A DNA stretch of 62,138 bases, filler included. It is 4 parts of 4 records of this genome, joined end to end, with 100 filler letters (N's around TTAATTAATTAA, not from the genome) between each part and the next. Parts side by side here need not be neighbours in the genome. Positions count along the whole stretch, not along the records: positions 30,557 to 44,757 come from SRR31156797_12896; positions 44,858 to 62,138 come from SRR31156797_12944; 2 more parts are not named here. The stretch is one strand, 5' to 3'. A program made the translations under genes and the position numbers. The notes under the pieces were generated by a model, which made no database searches, had not been told where the DNA came from, and was given only the letters and a program-made list of their open reading frames with translations. This document shows, one piece after another, positions 40,193 to 51,493 of this stretch (its first letter is position 1; each line of letters starts with the position of its first letter).

Positions 40193-41648
40193 TATACAAG
40201 CCTAAGGGTGAGTTTTTTTGGTGATTTGATCTTATCTATCTCATTTTTTATAAGATAATGTTTTGTTTGAGATTCAATCTCTAATACTTTTCCATCAAAG
40301 CTAAAGTTATAATTTTCACAAGTAAACTCAGCATTTAATGTAATATTTAAAGTCATCATAAAATTAAGCCATTGAATAATCTCTAATTCTGGTAGAAGTT
40401 GTTTAAACTCTTCTATATCTGCCTCTTTAGGTAAAGATTTTTTTGAAAACTTCGACACAATTGCTATCAATGTTTTTTCTTGATGGGAAAATCCATAATT
40501 TAGTCCATGCATAATAAACCAAAAAGAGTTATCTTGATTTTTATAATAATTCAAAGAGAATCCTACAAGTTGTAGTTTTGAAGCAATCACTAAGATTGAT
40601 CTATATTTTTGATCAAGCTGATGAATAGGTTCCAATACATCAAATATTTTTTTCGCATTATTTCCCAAATAAGCACTTTGTTTATTGTCATCTACAAAAC
40701 GATCAATCAAACTTCGAATACTAATATTAAAATTTGCTGGAAACTGGTGGTTTGATGTACGTAAAAGATCACAAAGATATACTCCCTCTCTTACTCCTAC
40801 ACCACTTGTCACCACTTTTTTTACTTCAAAATACTCTAAAATAGTTTGAAAGATAAATGTCCCTGTAGCTATAGTGTCATATCTATCTTTTCTGATTCCT
40901 AGTTTTTTCAACTCTTTGGTAGAGTCCGCATCAATAATATTTTTAAATAATTCCAAATTATTTTTTACATCATAGGTAAACCCATGTAAAATATCAAGAG
41001 GATAATTCTCTTTTTTTATAATTGCTCTACTTAGGGCTCTTGCTGTTCCACCAAGTGCTACAGCTGTTTCAAACTTATTAGAGATATTTTTTAGCTCAAA
41101 CTCTATATATTTTTTAGCACCATCTAGATCACCTTTATCAAAAAAAAGCTCTTTAATTCGAACTGTTCCAATATTAAGAGAAATAGTCTCAGTGATCTTT
41201 TTATCATTCACAAATGCAAACTCTGTACTTCCACCACCAATATCTACGGTTGTAAAATCATTACAGTCTAAAAGGTTCAGTGCAGCTACACCACCAAAAT
41301 AAGCTTCTTTTGTCCCATCAATAATTTTAATATTTAGATTTAAATATTTTGAAACTCGATTTAAAAAACTATTTGAATTTGGTGCATCTCGTAAGGCTGA
41401 AGTTGCAACACAAAGAATTTTTCTTGCTTTAAGATTTTTTGCAATATTGATAAAAGATTCCAAAGCATCATAGGCTCGTTGCATTGGAATCTCTTGAAGA
41501 ACACCACCATGTTCGTAGCACCCTTCAGAGATTTTTACTTTTGATTTTGATTCATTTATAAGATGAAAAGCATAACGGCTGGTTTTTTTAAACACAACCA
41601 TCCTTGTGGAGTTTGATCCAATATCAATGATGGCTGTTACTTTAGACA

Positions 41649-41649
<1 letters not shown>
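40192..41649 (-). CDS. ppx: Ppx/GppA exopolyphosphatase / pppGpp phosphohydrolase
   Basis: IDIGSNS, ATSALRDAPN, DIGGGSTE and GVREG. Confidence 0.93.
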
Positions 41650-41948
<299 letters not shown>

Positions 41949-41975
41949 TTAATTATACTTTAACTATTAAGTTGA

Positions 41976-42617
41976 TTAGCTTGCTAACTCTTTATCATTA
42001 AAGACTTCTTCTCTTATATTTCTCTTTTTTACATAATTATTAAGGCCGATATGATTGTTGTATCCTAAAACTTTCGCAATTTTTCTTACACTTAAGCCAA
42101 CTGACAAAAGCTCTTCAATTTTATCTCTTTGGTCATCAAATTTTGATTTTTGAATAGTTCCTTTAGGTTTTCCTAAACTAATCCCATCAAGTTTTTTAGC
42201 AGTTAATGCTTCTTTTGTTCGAAGGCTCATAAGCTCTTTTTCTAGGTTGATAGTCATCTTTATAACACCTAAGATCATTTGTGTGAGCATATCATCATTT
42301 GCTACAAAATCAAGTTTTTGCTTGATACTGATGATTCTTACTTCATGTTCAAGTAAAAACTTTATATTATCAAGGATTGTTGCCGTTGTTCTACCAAATA
42401 CATTAATATCACTTACTACCACTACACACCCAGGTTTACAAGTCTGTAGCACCTTCGTGATATTATCTTCATCTTCAGGGATATTCACTTCCACCTCTAT
42501 ATTCTTATCAAGAACAAGATCATTCTCCTTGATATATTTTGCTATCGCTAGGGCTTGTGTATCTGTATATTCATCATTATTTCTATTCACTCTTATAAAA
42601 CTTACAACCTTCTTCAT
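41976..42617 (-). CDS. Resolvase/invertase-like serine recombinase homologue lacking catalytic residues
   Basis: Resolvase layout with FIRVN in place of YxRVS and NVFGR in place of DRLGR; EKELMSLRTKEAL..KK..G..LGKPKG and C-terminal HTH (SVRKIAKVLG) retained; RBS AAGGA before ATG 42617. Confidence 0.85.
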   Translation of the reverse strand: MKKVVSFIRVNRNNDEYTDTQALAIAKYIKENDLVLDKNIEVEVNIPEDEDNITKVLQTCKPGCVVVVSDINVFGRTTATILDNIKFLLEHEVRIISIKQKLDFVANDDMLTQMILGVIKMTINLEKELMSLRTKEALTAKKLDGISLGKPKGTIQKSKFDDQRDKIEELLSVGLSVRKIAKVLGYNNHIGLNNYVKKRNIREEVFNDKELAS

Positions 42618-42636
42618 ATTCAATCCTTTAATAAAA

Positions 42637-42697
42637 TGTATAATTAAAATAAAAATTATGTTACAATATACATAATCTTAATTTTATTTATTATACA
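42637..42697. promoter_or_regulatory. Long imperfect inverted repeat in the divergent recombinase/ubiX promoter region
   Basis: TGTATAATTAAAATAAAAATTATGT-tacaatat-ACATAATCTTAATTTTATTTATTATACA. Confidence 0.5.
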
Positions 42698-42814
42698 AAA
42701 TGATATACTATATTAGCTTAAACTAAAATTAAGAAATGTTTATATTTTGATATAAATTTATTATCAAGTGCTTTTTGGATAAAATCTTTTTACATTTAAT
42801 GTTGAAGGTTAAAG

Positions 42815-43384
42815 ATGGATCAAAAACAACAGCCCAAAAAACTGGTCGTTGGGATTACAGGAGCATCAGGAGTACACTTAGGATTGAAGTTTTTAAAACT
42901 ATTACCAAGTGATATTCAAGTATATGCTGTATTATCAAATAGTGCAAAAAAAACTTTAAGTGAAGAGATGAACTCATCTGATCTTATAAACTCTCAAAAT
43001 ATAGAATACTTCGATGATCGTGATCTCGCAGCATCAATATCTTCTGGTTCATTTCAAACAGATGCATATATAATCATCCCTTGCAGTATGAATACTTTGG
43101 CAAAATGTGCTTGTGGATTAAGTGATACACTTATTACAAGAGTTTTTAGTGTTATGCTTAAAGAGGGACGACCAATAGTCCTTGCTCCAAGAGAGATGCC
43201 TTTTAATACGATCCAGTTAGAAAATATGACAAAACTCTCTAATCTTGGTGTCACTATAGCACCTCCAGTTCTTGGATACTATAGTGAGCAGCAAACATTA
43301 GAAGATATGGAAGATTTTATTATCGGCAAATGGTTTGATCTGCTTAAAATTCAACATACACTATTTAAAAGATGGGGAGCATAA
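42815..43384 (+). CDS. ubiX: UbiX family flavin prenyltransferase
   Basis: VGITGASG, ISSGS, PCSMNTLA and PREMP. Confidence 0.93.
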   Translation: MDQKQQPKKLVVGITGASGVHLGLKFLKLLPSDIQVYAVLSNSAKKTLSEEMNSSDLINSQNIEYFDDRDLAASISSGSFQTDAYIIIPCSMNTLAKCACGLSDTLITRVFSVMLKEGRPIVLAPREMPFNTIQLENMTKLSNLGVTIAPPVLGYYSEQQTLEDMEDFIIGKWFDLLKIQHTLFKRWGA

Positions 43385-43385
43385 A

Positions 43386-43886
43386 ATGGATGATTCTAAA
43401 AAAGTAAAACGAGCAATTTACAGTGGAACTTTTGATCCAATAACCAATGGACATATGGATATATTAAAAAGGGGATTAAAGATATACGACGAGATCATTG
43501 TAGCAGTTGCAACATCGAGTGCAAAACGTCCAATGTTTAATCTTAATAGTAGGGTAAAACTTATACAAAATGCAACAAAGGATATTAAAGGTATACAAGT
43601 TGAGCCTTTTGATACCCTTGTAGTAGAGTTTGCGAGAAAGCATCAAGTGTATAATATTATAAGAGGGTTAAGAACTAACACTGACTTTGAATATGAACTA
43701 CAAATGTCTTATGCAAATAGTTCACTTGATAAAGATATAGATACAGTTTTTTTAATGCCTGCTTTACAAAATGCCTTTGTAAGTTCTTCTGTTGTAAGGG
43801 AGCTTATAAGATTTGAAGGTGACTATTCTCATCTAGTTCCCCATAGTATCCTAGATCAAATCCAGGAGGAAGTAAAATGTATATAA
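43386..43886 (+). CDS. coaD: Pantetheine-phosphate adenylyltransferase
   Basis: YSGTFDPITNGHMDI, RGLR...DFEYE and SSSVVRE. Confidence 0.96.
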   Translation: MDDSKKVKRAIYSGTFDPITNGHMDILKRGLKIYDEIIVAVATSSAKRPMFNLNSRVKLIQNATKDIKGIQVEPFDTLVVEFARKHQVYNIIRGLRTNTDFEYELQMSYANSSLDKDIDTVFLMPALQNAFVSSSVVRELIRFEGDYSHLVPHSILDQIQEEVKCI

Positions 43887-44461
43887 TTATTGAAGGGATA
43901 GATACAGCAGGAAAGTCTACTCAACTAGATATCTTAAAACAGAAGTATCCTAATGCTATATTTACAAAAGAGCCAGGGGGAACTGAGATAGGACTAAAAC
44001 TACGTGCAATGGTATTAAATGGTGAAGCACAGTCTCATATAGCTGAGATGTTTTTATTTTTAGCAGATCGAGCTGAACACACCTTTAAAGTAGTAAAAAA
44101 TAATCCAGATAAAATGATCATAAGTGACCGAGGATTTCTAAGTGGTATAGCGTATGCACAAAAAGTCCCTTTAGAGTTATCCATTGATCTAAATCTTATT
44201 GCTCTAGATGATACACTTCCTACTAAGATCATTATTTTACAACTCCCTAAGGAGACCCTAGAACAAAGGCTTAGTGGAAAAAGTCAAGATAGCATTGAAC
44301 AAAGAGGAGTGGAGTACCTTATGGATATTCAAGCTCGAATGATACAAACGATTGAGCTGTTAAATAAAAAAGAGGGAAAAAAGATAGACACTCTTATAAT
44401 AGATGCCTCAAAAACCATTGAAACTATAGCACAAGAGATAGAGGTTTTTTTAAAAAAATAG
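43877..44461 (+). CDS. tmk: Thymidylate kinase
   Basis: EGIDTAGKSTQ, TKEPGG, LFLADRAEH and ISDR. Confidence 0.95.
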   Translation: MYIIIEGIDTAGKSTQLDILKQKYPNAIFTKEPGGTEIGLKLRAMVLNGEAQSHIAEMFLFLADRAEHTFKVVKNNPDKMIISDRGFLSGIAYAQKVPLELSIDLNLIALDDTLPTKIIILQLPKETLEQRLSGKSQDSIEQRGVEYLMDIQARMIQTIELLNKKEGKKIDTLIIDASKTIETIAQEIEVFLKK

Positions 44462-44757
44462 TTATTCTTCTTTAAAAGAATAGAGTTCAGGTTTAGGAAT
44501 TGGAGCACTAAAATGATACCCTTGTGAAAAGGTGATATCCATCTGCTGAACCAATTCAAGAATCTCTTTACTCTCCACATATTCAGCAATAGTTTTAATC
44601 TCTAAACTTTTTGCAAAATCTACTACTGCTTGAACTACCTTATGACTATTTTTATCCGTTACGATATTTTTAATCAAAGAGGCATCAATCTTAAGGTAAT
44701 CTGCATCCATTTTTAAAAGATGCTCAAAATTTGAATATCCACTTCCAAAATCATCAA
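44462..44757 (-). CDS. EAL-domain protein, C-terminal fragment (5' truncated)
   Basis: The frame is open to the gap: DDFGSGYSNF...LKIDASL...IAEYVE...QGYHFS.P. Confidence 0.92.
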
Positions 44758-44857
44758 NNNNNNNNNNNNNNNNNNNNNNNNNNNNNNNNNNNNNNNNNNN
44801 NTTAATTAATTAANNNNNNNNNNNNNNNNNNNNNNNNNNNNNNNNNNNNNNNNNNNN
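44758..44857. other. Artificial contig spacer
   Basis: N44-TTAATTAATTAA-N44. Confidence 0.98.
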
Positions 44858-46929
44858 GGATTCAGGAAACGCTCAAACAGCAGGTCGTAGCTGATTGGAT
44901 CGACATCAGTAATTTTGAGGCAATATGCCACAACCGAGCCGGCAGCCGAACCCCTGCCCGGGCCTACCCAAACACCCATTTCGCGAGCCTCACGCAGGAA
45001 ATCCCAAACGATGAGGAAATATCCCGGATATCCCATCTTTTTAATTACATCCAGCTCAAAATCAATCCGGTCCTTCACCTGGTCTGTCAGCTCACCATAC
45101 CGGTTTTTTGCACCATCATAGGTTAGTTGTTTAAGGTAGTCGGATTCAAATTTAATGCGCAAAACTTTCTCATATCCTTCCAAACGTTTGTAGTTATTTT
45201 TACCCCCTTCTTCGTTAAATTCAGCGATGAGCATTTCTTCCGTGAACTTTTGGCGATACGCCTCCATTGTACCAAAATCCTTAGGGATACCATATTCAGG
45301 CATCATTGGGTTGCGTCTTAACTCAAAAGGTTCAATCTTCTCCACAATCTCCTGTGTGTTTGCCAAAGCCTCCGGGATGTTGGCAAACTGCGCCTGCATC
45401 TCTTTTTGGGATTTGAAATAATAATGGTCGCTGGTATATCCGAACCGCTTGTCGCGTCCACGGCCTTTTGGTGTTGACTGGTACTCATTCTCCTTGATGC
45501 AGATGAGGCTGTCGTGCAGGTCGAAATCCTCCCTTTCCAGGAAAAAAACTTCATTTGCGGCAATCACCTTCACTTTATATTTCTGTGCAAAATCCAGCAG
45601 CACAGCATTCGCGCGCTCTTCTTCCGGCGTTTCATGGCCGTTGAGTTGCACATAAAAATCATCGCCAAATTGTTCGTGCCACCACTTGAAAGCCTCTTCG
45701 GCCTGCTGCTCTCCAACATTTAAGATCAGGTTGTTCACTTCTGAATAAATCCCGCCTGTGGTTGTGATCAGATCAGCTTTACACTCCTGCAAAACCGCTT
45801 TATCAATCCTGGGATATCCGGCATAATTACCTTCAATCCAGCCCGTTGAGCTCAGTTTAGCCAAATTGCGATACCCGTTGATGTTTTTTGCCAGGAAAAG
45901 TTGCTGGGTTCTTCGATCAGGATCATCCTTGGTAAACTTCACCTTTTTACGGTCTTTGGTCAGGTAAAGCTCACAACCGATGATGGGTTTAATACCATTT
46001 TTTTTGGCCACTTTTATAAACTGAAACGCACCAAAAAGATTTCCCAGGTCAGTCAGCGCCAGCGCATTCATACCCAAAGATTTCGCTTTTCCGACCAATC
46101 CCTCAAGAGGTGGCGTAGCATTGAGTACTGAATAATAAGAATGCACATGTAAGTGGGTGAATGGAGCAGATATTTCGGTTTCAGTGGAACTGGTGTCAGC
46201 TATTTCAGCTTTTTTTTGTTCAGCTGCCTGCCGAGCCAGTTTTTCACTGAGCTCTTTATTGGATTCGAAATCAATCTTTGCCGGTTCGATGGGATTTGGA
46301 TATTTTTCCCTGAAAGCTTGCAACTGCTCCGGATCTACTTTGAGGTGGGTTTTGTTTATAACCCCAATCCTGATAAGCTCAAGGAAACACCTTGCTGTGG
46401 CAATAACATCGGCTGTTGCGTTGTGTGCTTCTTCAAATTCTACATCAAACAGCTTCTCATGCAACTCCGATAGATTCGGGAATTTGAACTTTCCACCACG
46501 GCCACCGGGCAGTGCACAAAAATCAGTCGATGTCATCATGGAATCCACAACAGGCTTGCCTTTCAGGGCATTTTCAAAACCACTTCTTAAATACTCAGAA
46601 CCTGCAATATTGATATCAAATCCTACATTATGGCCAGCGATGTGCGAGCTTCTGGCTATGGCTTCAGCAAATTCATTCAACACAATTTTAATATCCATGC
46701 CATAATGCTCAGCCATGCGGGTAGAAATACCATGAATTTTTTCAGAGTTGAACGGAATGGTAAACCCATCCGGTTTTATAATATAGTTTTTGTATTCAAC
46801 CAGCGATCCGTCGAAATCATGGAGCTGCCAGGCAATTTGAACCATACGTGGCCAGTTGTCGAAATCGGTAAGCGGGGCACTGTAACTCTCGGGTAAGCCT
46901 GTGGTTTCAGTATCAAAAATCAGGTACAT
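44858..46929 (-). CDS. dnaE: DNA polymerase III alpha subunit with N-terminal DEDDh exonuclease, 3' truncated
   Basis: DTETTG, HNVGFD and HNATAD exonuclease motifs; [19 protein letters not shown] and LLFERFLN. Confidence 0.96.
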
Positions 46930-47070
46930 ATAAATTGAGGTATTTGACGGGTGATCAACAAAAAACAGGAATAGCAAAATTACTGTTTTTGGACCCTGTC
47001 GATATCATTTGTTAATAATTTGGATAGGGAACAAAACACACATAAACAGTGTTTTAAAAACCCTGTTAAT

Positions 47071-47098
47071 AAAAAAGCCGACAACAGGTGCCGGCTTT
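47071..47098 (-). terminator. Terminator after yebC
   Basis: AAAAAAGCCG...CGGCTTT hairpin, giving a T-run on the minus strand. Confidence 0.65.
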
Positions 47099-47121
47099 AT
47101 TATATACAAATTATTGGAGGA

Positions 47122-47868
47122 TCATTCCATTTCGGCCATCACCTCATCGGTGATTTCCATGTTATGGAAAACTTTTTGCACGTCGTCATCATCCTCAAAA
47201 GCATCAATTACTTTCAGGATTTTTTTGGCACTTTCCAGATCAAGCATCACCGTATCGTGAGGAATGCGCTGCAATTCGGCATTTTCGGCTTCAATGCCCA
47301 GTTCTTCGAGCTTTTTCTGCATTTTGCCAAAGTCCTCCATCGAGGTGATAACCGTTATCATACCTTCTTCTTCGGCAATATCCTCAGCACCGCCATCAAT
47401 CACTTCAAGCTCAAATTCTTCCATGTCCATTTCATCCCTGAGCGGGATTGAAAATATGCCTTTCCTGTCGAATAAAAAACTCAGCGAACCTGAAGTGCCC
47501 AGGTTACCCCCGTATTTATTAAAAATAGCACGCACAGAACTTACAGTCCGTTGCTGGTTATCTGTAGTACATTCCACATACACGGCGATACCGTTTGGCA
47601 GATATCCTTCAAAAGTTTGTTCGGTGAAAGCCGCAGCATCTTTATCCTTACCTTTGTTTATGGCGCGTTCGATGTTGTCCTTGGGCATACTGGCCCCTTT
47701 GGCATTTTGTATTGCAAGCCTAAGTCTTGGGTTGGCTTCGGGATCAGGGCCACTTTCCTTAACTGCCACTGTAATTTCCTTGATGATCTTTGAAAAGATC
47801 TTTGAGCGCTTTGCATCAGCTGCACCCTTCTTCCTTTTAATTGTTGACCATTTATTGTGTCCTGACAT
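47122..47868 (-). CDS. yebC: YebC/PmpR family protein
   Basis: MSGHNKWSTIKRKK, NPRLR, MPKDNIERAI and DDDVQKVFHN. Confidence 0.96.
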   Translation of the reverse strand: MSGHNKWSTIKRKKGAADAKRSKIFSKIIKEITVAVKESGPDPEANPRLRLAIQNAKGASMPKDNIERAINKGKDKDAAAFTEQTFEGYLPNGIAVYVECTTDNQQRTVSSVRAIFNKYGGNLGTSGSLSFLFDRKGIFSIPLRDEMDMEEFELEVIDGGAEDIAEEEGMITVITSMEDFGKMQKKLEELGIEAENAELQRIPHDTVMLDLESAKKILKVIDAFEDDDDVQKVFHNMEITDEVMAEME

Positions 47869-47992
47869 ATATAAAATTTTTCGATGTTAATTCAAGATGT
47901 AAAAATAGTAATTTTTGAGGTTCTCAAAAACTAAAAATCATCATGCAAATTAACGAATTATGGTTGGAAATTAATCTATCTTTGGTCGCCTC

Positions 47993-49786
47993 ATGCGGCA
48001 GATTTCACTCAACGAAAAACTCGTGGTTTATTTTGTTATCCTGGGAGTTTCAGGGTTAATAATCGTTGCGGTTTTTTCTTTTTATAGCTCAAGAGAAGCC
48101 CTGTTGAATCGTACTTTTGACCAATTGACATCGGTGAGGGTAAACAAAAAAATGCAGATTGAATCATTTTTCCAGGACAGGTTTCGCGACATTCGACTTC
48201 TGGCCAACACCGAGGAAGCTAAAACTATTTCCCACTGGCAAAGCAAAAACAACTTAGTTTCCGGAGAAATACCTGGTCAATATCAATCTCAGGTGGAGTA
48301 TATACAAAAATATCTGACTGTTGCAGGATATTACAGTAGTATCCTTTTTATAGATTCAACGGGGTTTTCAATCAAATTCAATCTCCATCCTGCCTCCGGG
48401 GAGATACAATTAATACTTTCAGATACAACTGATGTTTCCCTTCCGATCATCTCACCAAAAAAATCCGGAATGGAATTCAAAATACATGACATCCGACTGC
48501 ACCCTATTAGCACTAAACCAACCATCTATATGTCAGCACCAATCAGCCATTCAAAAGGTAATTCGATGCTTGTATTGGAAATGCCGATGGATGAAATAAA
48601 CCACATCATGCTGGAGAACAACCCCAATGATGGCCTGGGGAACAGTGGAGAATCCTACCTGGTTGGAAGCGATTCACTTATGAGAAGTAAATCACGCTTC
48701 CAGGAAAATTCCATTCTGAAAACTCCGGTAAACACAAAAGGTGTCAGGGAAGCCCTTGCAGGAAATTCGGGTATTTCTGTAATCGACGACTATCGGAATA
48801 TCAGCGTTTTAAGTTCTTTCAGCCCTTTGGACATTGCAGGTTTAAACTGGGTTATCCTGGCAGAAATCGATACAGCCGAGGCCATGGCACCCATCAAAAA
48901 TCTCCTGTCAGATTATTTGTTGATCGGCCTGTCTGTAGCTGTTCTGATATTTGTTTTTGCCTATATACTTTCCAGGAGGATCACCTCACCAATCATTCAA
49001 CTAAAAACTGCTGCCGGGAAAATCTCCGATGGAAATCTTGATGTAAAACTGCCCATCGAATCCAACGATGAAATTGGTGAACTCACCTTAGCCTTTAACC
49101 AAATGGCGGTTCAGTTAAATCAGCAGCAAAAACAAATTACCGAGGAGAAGAAAATGCGTCTGCGGTCGATCATCGATGGCCAGGAAAAAGAAAGACAAAG
49201 GCTGTCGCGTGACCTTCACGATGGCCTGGGCCAATCGCTTATCGCCATCAAACTTCAACTGGAAAATTATTGCGAGTCGGCTTCATCAGGTGATAATGAG
49301 AAGATGGAAAAAATCAAGCATTATTTCGAGCAAACCATTGAGGACATCCGCCGGATGTCGAATGATCTTGCCCCTTCAGTGCTTGACGAATTTGGCCTGA
49401 CAACCGCCATAAAAAATCTTTGCCGCAGCTTCAGCCAATCTGCTTCTGTTCCTGTAAGCTTTAAAAGTAAAGGGTCTGCCCTGCAAATGACAAACAAATC
49501 CAGGATCTACATTTACAGAATTTGTCAGGAAGCACTTACAAATGCCATCAAACATGCCAGGGCTTCACAAATTAAAGTTAACCTGCTTTTTGAAGATAAT
49601 ACAGTAAAACTCGAAATCAGGGACGATGGTTGCGGTTTTGACATGGAAAGCAGTGACCATGCCCACGGAAACGGATTGAATAATTTAATGGAGCGGGCAC
49701 AAATTTTAAACGGTTTTATTCAGATCCTTTCATCACCCGGACAAGGTACCAGAGTGAGGTTTGAATGCAAAATAAAAACTAACTGA
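47993..49786 (+). CDS. Sensor histidine kinase (Cache-like periplasmic domain, HAMP, HisKA_3)
   Basis: Two TM segments; GESYLVG...DYR...VLSSF.PL; NDEIGEL; ERQRLSRDLHDGLGQ; QEALTNAIKHA; DDGCGF. Confidence 0.94.
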   Translation: MRQISLNEKLVVYFVILGVSGLIIVAVFSFYSSREALLNRTFDQLTSVRVNKKMQIESFFQDRFRDIRLLANTEEAKTISHWQSKNNLVSGEIPGQYQSQVEYIQKYLTVAGYYSSILFIDSTGFSIKFNLHPASGEIQLILSDTTDVSLPIISPKKSGMEFKIHDIRLHPISTKPTIYMSAPISHSKGNSMLVLEMPMDEINHIMLENNPNDGLGNSGESYLVGSDSLMRSKSRFQENSILKTPVNTKGVREALAGNSGISVIDDYRNISVLSSFSPLDIAGLNWVILAEIDTAEAMAPIKNLLSDYLLIGLSVAVLIFVFAYILSRRITSPIIQLKTAAGKISDGNLDVKLPIESNDEIGELTLAFNQMAVQLNQQQKQITEEKKMRLRSIIDGQEKERQRLSRDLHDGLGQSLIAIKLQLENYCESASSGDNEKMEKIKHYFEQTIEDIRRMSNDLAPSVLDEFGLTTAIKNLCRSFSQSASVPVSFKSKGSALQMTNKSRIYIYRICQEALTNAIKHARASQIKVNLLFEDNTVKLEIRDDGCGFDMESSDHAHGNGLNNLMERAQILNGFIQILSSPGQGTRVRFECKIKTN

Positions 49787-49787
49787 A

Positions 49788-50453
49788 ATGGATAATTCAG
49801 ATGAAAATAAAATCAAACTTATTCTTGTTGATGATCACCTTATCGTCCGCGATGGTATCAAAGCATTATTGGAGGGAGATGAGAAGTTTGAAATTATTGG
49901 TGAGGCGGATTCAGGTTCACATTTTTTTGCGTTGATCAAAACCCATGTGCCGGATATAGTGCTGCTCGACATCAACCTGCCTGATATTTCAGGGATTGAA
50001 ATTACCAAAAAACTGGCAACTGAATACCCGGATATTAAAGTCGTGGTACTTTCGATGTACAATACTGAAGATTACATTTTTAACGCTGTGAAAGCCGGGG
50101 CGAAAGCTTACCTCCCGAAAACAACAAACCGGCGCGAGTTGCAGGAAGCAGTTATTGCTGTAAACAAAGGCGAGGAGTATTTTAGCCAAGCGATATCCAA
50201 TGTGATCCTGCGTAGTTTTATCCAGCAGGCTAAAAATGAAGACAGCCGGAAAGGAAATGAGTTAACCACACGTGAAACAGAAATCCTGAAACTGTTTGCC
50301 GAGGGGCTTTCGAACACCGAAATTGCCGATCAGTTATTCATCAGTGTCCGAACTGTTGAATCGCATAAAAATCACATCATGCAAAAGCTGGAATTAAAAT
50401 CCACAGTGGATCTTATCAAATTTGCCATCCGGAATAATATCATTGAAATATAG
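49788..50453 (+). CDS. NarL/LuxR family response regulator
   Basis: LVDDH, LLDINLP and LTTRETEILKL...SVRTVESHKNHIMQKL. Confidence 0.95.
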   Translation: MDNSDENKIKLILVDDHLIVRDGIKALLEGDEKFEIIGEADSGSHFFALIKTHVPDIVLLDINLPDISGIEITKKLATEYPDIKVVVLSMYNTEDYIFNAVKAGAKAYLPKTTNRRELQEAVIAVNKGEEYFSQAISNVILRSFIQQAKNEDSRKGNELTTRETEILKLFAEGLSNTEIADQLFISVRTVESHKNHIMQKLELKSTVDLIKFAIRNNIIEI

Positions 50454-50634
50454 TAGCACCCTGACCTGTTCGTAATCTCATAACTATCCTTCAGGAACAA
50501 TGTGCTTTGTCAAATAAAAATCATAACTGGAAGATTGGAATGTTGGAAAATTGGATGGGAATAGCAAGATCAACCCAATTTATCGGAAAATAAAACCCCA
50601 CCTTACCTCTCACCTTCAGGCATGTAACTATTGT

Positions 50635-50653
50635 TTTGCGTAAATCACGCAAA
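50635..50653. promoter_or_regulatory. Palindrome upstream of the porin-amtB genes; candidate regulator site
   Basis: TTTGCGT-AAATC-ACGCAAA. Confidence 0.45.
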
Positions 50654-50761
50654 CCATGTAGGTGCTGCACTTAAATCATTTTCAGAAATATCGGTATTGC
50701 GAGAGCCATTTGAAATGTGAAGCTTTGCAGAACTTAACATTCATTAACAAAATCAATATTT

Positions 50762-51475
50762 ATGAAACGGTTCTATCTTTTTAATGGCGTGCTTGCAATG
50801 TTTTTTATTGCAGGTTTTTGCAGTTCAATAAATGCTCAGGAAGGGGGCAGCTTTGATATCGGGACAGACGTCTACAACAGGTATGTTTGGCGTGGCACTG
50901 ATTTCGGCAACTCTCCGGCCATTCAGCCCTGGGCCAGTTATTCCAACTCAGGATTCACCATTGGGGCATGGGGTTCATATGCCACAAACTCAAACGGGAT
51001 GCAGGAAGCAGACCTGTTTGTTTCGTACGACATACAGGAGGTGTTAACACTCACTGTAACTGATTACTTTTTCCCGAATGGGATGTCTGCAGGAAACAAT
51101 TATTTCGAGTATGGTGAGGACAGCACAGGCCATGTGTTTGAAGGTATGATCTCGTTCAACGGCCTCGAAAACCTGCCCATCACTTTCATGGCAGCCATGA
51201 ACTTTTATGGAGCCGATTCTGATAACTCACTGTATTTTGAATTAGGTTATGGCGGCACACATAAAGAGATTGATTATAATATTTTTCTGGGTGCAGCCAC
51301 AGGTAATTATTACCTGTATGGCAAAAACGATGATGATTTCGGCCTGGTAAACTTTGGTTTAACGCTGGCCAAAGAGATCAAAATCACCGATAATTTCAAC
51401 CTGCCGGTAAGCGGATCAATAATTACAAACCCAACTGCCGAAAGCATTTTTATTGTTTTTGGTTTTTCACTATAA
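50762..51475 (+). CDS. Outer-membrane beta-barrel protein, TorF-like putative porin
   Basis: Signal peptide; NRYVWRG...AIQP...GAWGS...EADL; amphipathic strands; C-terminal VFGFSL. Confidence 0.75.
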   Translation: MKRFYLFNGVLAMFFIAGFCSSINAQEGGSFDIGTDVYNRYVWRGTDFGNSPAIQPWASYSNSGFTIGAWGSYATNSNGMQEADLFVSYDIQEVLTLTVTDYFFPNGMSAGNNYFEYGEDSTGHVFEGMISFNGLENLPITFMAAMNFYGADSDNSLYFELGYGGTHKEIDYNIFLGAATGNYYLYGKNDDDFGLVNFGLTLAKEIKITDNFNLPVSGSIITNPTAESIFIVFGFSL

Positions 51476-51493
51476 AAATAGGAGATAAAAATT

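Noticed and set aside
44858-46929. Exonuclease-PHP-polymerase fusion in dnaE as a novelty
   Set aside because: This architecture is common in Bacteroidota; no intein motif was seen in the visible part
50528-50562. Tandem 8-mer TGGAAnnT (about four copies) after the response regulator
   Set aside because: Short degenerate simple repeat without spacers; no supportable function
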